From Alphaproteobacteria bacterium (GTDB lineage: Bacteria > Pseudomonadota > Alphaproteobacteria > SHVV01): DNA of 64,000 bases. The notes under the pieces were generated by a model. That model was not told the origin of the DNA. It searched no databases and worked only from the letters and a program-made list of their open reading frames with translations. The position numbers were made by a program, and so were the translations under genes. The stretch lies in assembly GCA_965261735.1 (NCBI GenBank), contig OZ253470.1, positions 4,096,001 to 4,160,000 of the forward strand. The letters run 5' to 3'. Within the stretch, counting starts at the first letter, position 1. Each line of letters starts with the position of its first letter. Of the stretch, positions 59,010 through 64,000 are shown in pieces.

Positions 59010-60176
59010 GTGATCCTCTTCGCCGGCGTCGCCGCCGCGACGCAGATCGGCAAAGTGCCGCCCGCGATCCCGGACATCCGCGCCGAGCTCGCTCTCGGCA
59101 TGGTCGGGGCGGGATGGGTTGCCTCGATCATCAACCTGACGAGCGCCCTGTTCGGTATCATTATCGGCGCCCTCGCCGATGCGCTGGGTCACGCCCGCAT
59201 GCTGACGACTGGGCTCGCGCTGATCGTCATAGGCTCGCTCGTGGGCGCCAGCGCCGACGCCGGCAGTCTGCTGCTTTTCACACGCTTCCTAGAGGGTGCG
59301 GGCTATGTGAGCATTACCGTGGCGGCACCGTCGCTCCTCCTGAGCGCGACGGGCGGGCGCGGGCAGCGGCTCGTGCTCGGCATATGGAGCGGCAGGTTCC
59401 CGGCCGGCATAGGCGCCATGCTCGTGATCTCGCCACTCTTCCTGACACCTTACGGGTGGCGCGGCCTGTGGTACGCGAGCGCCGCGCTCTTGGCGGTGGC
59501 GCTTGCCCTCGTGGCTGCCGCCCAGCGCCCGCGGCGAGCGCCCGGCGCGCTTACCGCCCCGGCGCCACCACGCCGGATCGCCGAGCTCGGCAGCCCACTA
59601 CGCAGCCGGGGCGCTTGGCTGTTAGCCGGTTCGCTGACGATGTGGAACCTGCAGTGGCTCGCCATCATCGCCTGGCTGCCGACTTTCCTGATCGAGAGCG
59701 AGGGCTATACGACCGCGGCCGCGGCCCTGGTGGTTGCGCTGGTCGTGATCGCCGAATTGCCGGGCAACGTGCTGGGCGGCGTATTGATGCATCGCGGCGT
59801 TCCGTGCTGGGTGCTCTTGGCCCTCGGCACGACGACGGCCGGCGCGGCGGCGATCGGGATATTTTCGGCGGCGGTTCCGGTCGGGCTCAAGCTGGTGTTG
59901 GCGCTGTGTTTCGCGTTCGTGGGCGGGCTCGTGCCGCCGGGCGTGATGGGCGCCGTGCCGACCCACGCGCCGACGCCGGGCCTCGTCGGCACGATCATCG
60001 GGGTCGTGGTTCAGGTCTCCAGCATCGGGGCCCTGACAGGGCCGCCACTGATCGCCGCCGCCGTCGTACTGCTCGGCGGCTGGCATGAGGCGAGCTGGCT
60101 CCTGCTTGGCGCCGGCGCCGTGGGTGCCGTTTTCGCGCTCTCGATCCGCTCGCTCGAGCTGCGAATGCAGACTTAA
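59010..60176 (+). CDS. MFS transporter (CynX/NimT-like); true start probably upstream
   Basis: GKVPPAIP, GALADALG, RFLEG, AWLPTFL; in-frame PTRWG upstream matches the paralog. Confidence 0.85.
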   Translation: MILFAGVAAATQIGKVPPAIPDIRAELALGMVGAGWVASIINLTSALFGIIIGALADALGHARMLTTGLALIVIGSLVGASADAGSLLLFTRFLEGAGYVSITVAAPSLLLSATGGRGQRLVLGIWSGRFPAGIGAMLVISPLFLTPYGWRGLWYASAALLAVALALVAAAQRPRRAPGALTAPAPPRRIAELGSPLRSRGAWLLAGSLTMWNLQWLAIIAWLPTFLIESEGYTTAAAALVVALVVIAELPGNVLGGVLMHRGVPCWVLLALGTTTAGAAAIGIFSAAVPVGLKLVLALCFAFVGGLVPPGVMGAVPTHAPTPGLVGTIIGVVVQVSSIGALTGPPLIAAAVVLLGGWHEASWLLLGAGAVGAVFALSIRSLELRMQT

Positions 60177-60267
60177 CCCCGGCACAAAAGGACGTTGGCC
60201 GCGAGCGGAGGCTCGCCTAACATCGCGCCGCCGGGAGGGGTATCGGGCCATTACACAGCACCCAACA

Positions 60268-61494
60268 GTGGCGCCGCAGGCAGCGTCCGCGGAGCCCGTC
60301 GCGCCGACGCGATGGGGCATTGTGGCCATCGCCGTGGCTGCCGGCGTGGTCGCCGCGACCCAAGTCGGCAAGGCGCCGCCGTCGCTCCCTGACATCCGCG
60401 CCGAACTTGCGGTCGGCATGGTCGGCGCGGGTTGGATCGTCTCGATACTGAACGCCACGACCGCCACCCTCGGTATCGCCATCGGCACCATCGCCGACCG
60501 CGTTGGCCACAACCGGGCGCTCGCCTTCGGCCTCGCCCTGCTGGCCATCGGCAGCCTGCTCGGTGGTATCGCCGGCAGCGCCGGCGCGATGCTTCTCACC
60601 CGTTTTCTCGAGGGCATCGGCTTCGTCTGCATCATCGTCGCGGCACCGTCCCTAATCGCCGAAGCCGCATCGCTCCGCCACCAGCGTCTCGCCCTCGGCC
60701 TCTGGAGCGCCTACTTCCCGGCCGGGATGGGGGCGATGATGGTGGCCTCGCTGTTCGTCCTCGAACCCTACGGATGGCGCAGTCTGTGGTTTGCGTCCGC
60801 GGTGCTGATCCTGGTTTTCCTCATGGTTTTTCTGGTGGTGGCGGCGCGCGGGCGGCGCGGTGGGCGGTTGCCTAGCGGTGCCCGTGCCGGGCGTGGGCGC
60901 GCGCTCGCGGATGTCCGGCGGGCGCTGGCGCGGCCGGGACCTTGGCTGCTAGCGTTTACGTTCACCGCCTTTTCGTTGCAGTGGCTGGGGCTCCTCGCGT
61001 GGCTGCCCACCTTTCTCGTCGAGCAGGGCTACACCCGGGCGACGGCCGCGCTGGTGACGGCGGTGGTCGTCGTGCTCGAGGCCCCCGGCAACCTTATCGG
61101 CGGCTGGCTCCTGCATCGCGGCGCGTCGCGCTGGACCCTGATATCGGTGGCGATGCTCGCCATGGCCACAATGGGCGCGGCGATCCTCGTGCCAGCCGTA
61201 CCGCCCGTCGCGAAGGTCGTCTTGGCCCTCGCCTTCACGCTGATCAGCGGTCTCGTGCCGGCGGCGGTGCTGTCGGGCGCGCCCGTTCATGCCGCTGCGC
61301 CCGGCCTGATCGGCACCGTCAACGGGGTCATCGCCCAAGGCTCGAACCTCGGCAGTCTCATGGGGCCACCAGCGTTCGCCGCCGTCGTCGTGGGGTTCGG
61401 CGGTTGGCAGCATGCGAGCTGGTTGATGCTCGGGGCCGGGCTCGTCGGCGTCCTTCTGGCCCTGGCCATCCGCCTCGTTGAAGAGCGCCTGTGA
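60268..61494 (+). CDS. MFS transporter (CynX/NimT-like), tandem paralog
   Basis: PTRWG, GKAPPSLPDIRAEL, RFLEG, AWLPTFL. Confidence 0.85.
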   Translation: MAPQAASAEPVAPTRWGIVAIAVAAGVVAATQVGKAPPSLPDIRAELAVGMVGAGWIVSILNATTATLGIAIGTIADRVGHNRALAFGLALLAIGSLLGGIAGSAGAMLLTRFLEGIGFVCIIVAAPSLIAEAASLRHQRLALGLWSAYFPAGMGAMMVASLFVLEPYGWRSLWFASAVLILVFLMVFLVVAARGRRGGRLPSGARAGRGRALADVRRALARPGPWLLAFTFTAFSLQWLGLLAWLPTFLVEQGYTRATAALVTAVVVVLEAPGNLIGGWLLHRGASRWTLISVAMLAMATMGAAILVPAVPPVAKVVLALAFTLISGLVPAAVLSGAPVHAAAPGLIGTVNGVIAQGSNLGSLMGPPAFAAVVVGFGGWQHASWLMLGAGLVGVLLALAIRLVEERL

Positions 61495-61504
61495 GGAGGC
61501 GCGC

Positions 61505-61987
61505 CTACGCCCAGAGCCCGTGGCGGCGGTGCCACGCCTCCAGTGACTCGTCGGGGTAGTCGGCGAACGTCACGTCCTTTGCCCCCTCGGGGATGCGGAC
61601 CCAAGGCGCCGCGGAGCCGGTCATCATGTGAACACGCTCCGGCGGCGCCAGCAGCGGCGTGTCGATGGCCGACGCGAAGGGGTAGATCCACTGCGGGTAG
61701 TGCTCGTTGGCCGCCCACAGGGCGGTGCCGCACGAGCCGCAGAAGAAGCGATGTGCGGTGCCGGTTTCGCCCGGTTTGAGGTCCGGCCGTCGCACGCGGT
61801 AGTCGACGATTCGATCGCCCCCGGTGACCGAGAGGGTTGCAGCCTCTCCCATGATGTTGATGGCGCTACCGCCGCCGCCGCCAACCTTGCGACAGATCGA
61901 GCAATAGCAGTGGAGGAACGGCTGCGGGGCGTGCGACTCGACGGTGAAGCGGACCGCGCCACAATGGCAGGAGCCTTCGAGCTGCAT
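61505..61987 (-). CDS. GFA/CENP-V family Zn protein
   Basis: GSCHCGAV, CYCSICRK, FCGSCG. Confidence 0.9.
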   Translation of the reverse strand: MQLEGSCHCGAVRFTVESHAPQPFLHCYCSICRKVGGGGGSAINIMGEAATLSVTGGDRIVDYRVRRPDLKPGETGTAHRFFCGSCGTALWAANEHYPQWIYPFASAIDTPLLAPPERVHMMTGSAAPWVRIPEGAKDVTFADYPDESLEAWHRRHGLWA

Positions 61988-62121
61988 GGGCTGCCTCCGC
62001 GGATAAGCCCACGCCAGACGGGACGCGGGCCACCATTCTGCGGAGGGCGGTGGCGCGCCGCAAGGTCAAAGAAGCGTCCCGGGCGAGCTCTCCGTGGCGA
62101 CGGGTCGGCGCGCCTCGCGCG

Positions 62122-62355
62122 TCAGCCGCTCTGGAAGAGCTGGAGAATTGTGCCCGGCCCGGCATTGGCGATCGACAGCGACTGCATGCCGAGCTGCTGC
62201 TTGATCTGGAACGCCTGCAGGTTGGCGCTTTCCTCGGCGAGGTCAGCGTCGACCAGGTTGCCGAGACCTTCCTTGAGAATGTCGACGAGTTTGCCCGTGA
62301 AATCGGCCTGGATTTCGATCCGCTTCGAGGACGAGCCGAGCGCTGCCAGCCGCGT
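62122..62355 (-). pseudogene. Flagellin C-terminal fragment
   Basis: GLGNLVDADLAEESANLQAFQIKQQLGMQSLSIAN; no N-terminal domain. Confidence 0.85.
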
Positions 62356-62594
62356 TTGATCAGGTAGCCGCTGCGTGGAAGGGCGAGCTTCCCTTGCTGC
62401 ACGAGCGGCCATAGCGTTTCCGCGATCAACTCAGCGTTCCTGTCCTGCTTCTGAGCCGTCTGTGACGCAAGCCACTCTGCGAACGCACGCTCGCCGATGT
62501 CCTCGCCGACCGACTTGCGCAGCGCATTCAGCTTGCGGAGCTACCCCTTAGTCAGGGAGTTCACATCAATCACGTTGGAAGACATCTGTGTCAT
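62352..62594 (-). pseudogene. Small hypothetical protein with an internal TAG (62541-62543), abutting the flagellin fragment
   Basis: MTQMSSNVIDVNSLTKG*LRKLNALRKSVGEDIGERAFAEW...GYLIKRG reads through the stop; GGAG RBS. Confidence 0.55.
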
Positions 62595-62704
62595 GAGTCT
62601 GTCTCCAGCCTCAATGGTGCGGGAATTGCCGAGCCGCATATAGCAGCAAATAGTAGTGCGTGCCAGGATCATGCAGTCTTACCATGGCGACGCAGACACA
62701 ACCT

Positions 62705-63049
62705 CTATTTCATGATGTAAAAAGCCAGCTTGTTTCCATCCAAGTCCCTGAAATACCCGCCGTAGAATCCGCCAGTGCCACGCGGTCCAAGCGCCCCCTC
62801 GTCCTTCCCCCCGAGCTCAAGAGGCGTGGCATATAATGCATTAACCTGCTCTTCGCTTCCTGCTCTGAACGCAATCATCGTGCTATTGCCTACAGTAGCC
62901 GGGTTTCCATCGTAGGGCTTGATTGCGCAGAATGCCGTTTCACCCGATGGGGCCTCCCACTGGATGAAGGTTTCTGCTTCCGCCGTCCGCTTCGCGCCGA
63001 TATCTCCGAGAAGCGCATCATAGAACCGACCGGCGCGTTCAATGTCGTT
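62705..63049 (-). pseudogene. VOC/glyoxalase family protein, N-terminus cut by IS1595
   Basis: NDIERAGRFYDALL, PYDGNPATVGN, YFRDLDGNK; the first beta-strand is replaced by the IS end. Confidence 0.8.
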
Positions 63050-64000
63050 CCTGCTTATCCGTGACATTCATCCTGCGATGAGGAGGCGGTAGGGCATCGG
63101 GTCGGTTCGGGCGGCGCTATGGACGAAGCGCGGGATCATCGTCTGGAGTTGATAACGGCGGTTGTAGCGCCAGGCGAAACTGACGAGGTAGCGCCCGGTG
63201 TGATCGGGGCCGAGCTTGCGATAGGTCCCGGTGACCGTGCACTTGATGTTGCCGAGCGCCGTATTGACCCATTTGAATGACGCCACGCGGGCCGCCTTGC
63301 GTCTCGAGCCGGTGCGGATTGCCCGATGGCTGCAGGTGGCCTCGTCGAGTGCGCTCCAGCAGCCCAAGCGGTCCGTCACAACCGCCGCGCCGGGGGCCAG
63401 CCAGTGCTTGGCGCCGCGCGCGATCTCGCGCTTGCGGAAGCCCTTGACCGGCGCCAGCTTCAGCTTGCGCGGGCGCCCCTCGGGACTGGTCGAGACCGCC
63501 GCCACGAAGGGCGTTTTGCCCGCCGCGCCGCGGCCCCGCTTGCCGCCGGAGCGCACCCCGCCGAGATAGGCGTCGTCCATCTCGACCCGCCCCGTAAGCG
63601 CCGTCTCCCCCTCGCGCCGCGCCATCACCGCCATGATCTTGTGCTTCACGGCCCAGGCCGTCGGCTGCTTGACCCCGAGACGGCGGCCGAGTTCCACCGA
63701 CGAGATGCCGTTCTTCGCCGTCACGATCAGGTGGATGGCGGCAAACCAGACTGTCAGCGGCAGCTTGGTCGCGTGGAAGATCGTGCCCGCCGTGGGCGAT
63801 GTCTGCTTCTTGCACCGGTTGCATTGATAGAGACCCCGACCCGCCAACACGCAATGCTCCCGATGGCCGCAGCAGGGGCAGACGAAGCCGCCCGGCCAGC
63901 GCAGCCGGACCAGCGCCGCGCGGCACTGCTCCTTGGTGCCGAAGGCCTCCCGAAACGCCTCGTCGTTCAGACCACGCACGCGCGATGCAACCTTGAACCC
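63050..64000 (-). mobile_element. IS1595-family element (partial)
   Basis: End sequence GGATAAGCAGG (63050-63060) directly after the transposase; other end outside the window. Confidence 0.82.
63068..64000 (-). CDS. IS1595 transposase (5' end uncertain)
   Basis: Zn ribbon CPCC...CNRC, TAGTIFH, VEMDDAYLGG, VTD, WVNTALGNIK, WRYNRR. Confidence 0.9.
   Translation of the reverse strand, partial: GFKVASRVRGLNDEAFREAFGTKEQCRAALVRLRWPGGFVCPCCGHREHCVLAGRGLYQCNRCKKQTSPTAGTIFHATKLPLTVWFAAIHLIVTAKNGISSVELGRRLGVKQPTAWAVKHKIMAVMARREGETALTGRVEMDDAYLGGVRSGGKRGRGAAGKTPFVAAVSTSPEGRPRKLKLAPVKGFRKREIARGAKHWLAPGAAVVTDRLGCWSALDEATCSHRAIRTGSRRKAARVASFKWVNTALGNIKCTVTGTYRKLGPDHTGRYLVSFAWRYNRRYQLQTMIPRFVHSAARTDPMPYRLLIAG

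Noticed and set aside
62646-62665. Sigma-54 promoter (TGGCAC...TTGC) on the minus strand
   Set aside because: The spacer is 10 nt rather than the required 5
1-64000. Many long Arg/Ala/Pro-rich alternative-frame and antisense ORFs
   Set aside because: Expected shadows in high-GC DNA; they have no motifs and overlap well-supported genes
1-64000. CRISPR array, tRNA, rRNA or riboswitch
   Set aside because: No regularly spaced repeats or recognisable RNA signatures were seen by eye; a covariance-model scan is needed to exclude small RNAs

Overview
High-GC bacterial chromosomal window, probably alphaproteobacterial (inferred from the FixK/FNR boxes, the znuA/zur-znuCB layout and the flagellin type). 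It holds about 65 mostly accessory or metabolic genes. Left to right: a surface-glycan modification/export/ligation operon; an orphan Rieske oxygenase; a LOG protein; an EF-hand/ECF-sigma/anti-sigma/CpxP-like/MacAB-type module; a di-heme protein; otsB; an intact IS630; an FGE-like protein; mhpF-dmpG-chaC; a USP; znuA/zur-znuCB with a Zur box; an archease-ORF80-rtcB RNA-repair operon under a perfect FNR/FixK box; a heme-oxygenase-like enzyme; two amidases; two TauD dioxygenases; a class III cyclase; a TcuA/PrpF/PrpB/PrpD-like organic-acid cluster with two binding proteins; a PhnZ-like HD enzyme; a rhomboid; IS debris; an apparently fused thiocyanate-hydrolase/nitrile-hydratase beta-alpha ORF beside two CynX-like MFS genes; a flagellin remnant; and an IS1595 that truncates a VOC gene. 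Best leads: the oxygen-regulated RNA-repair operon, the fused NHase-type ORF (a single homopolymer base could explain the fusion) and the unassigned tricarboxylate-type pathway. Several genes carry single-base frameshifts or nonsense codons, meaning either genome decay or consensus errors. No rRNA, tRNA or CRISPR array was seen. All calls come from motif recognition by eye; no searches were run.
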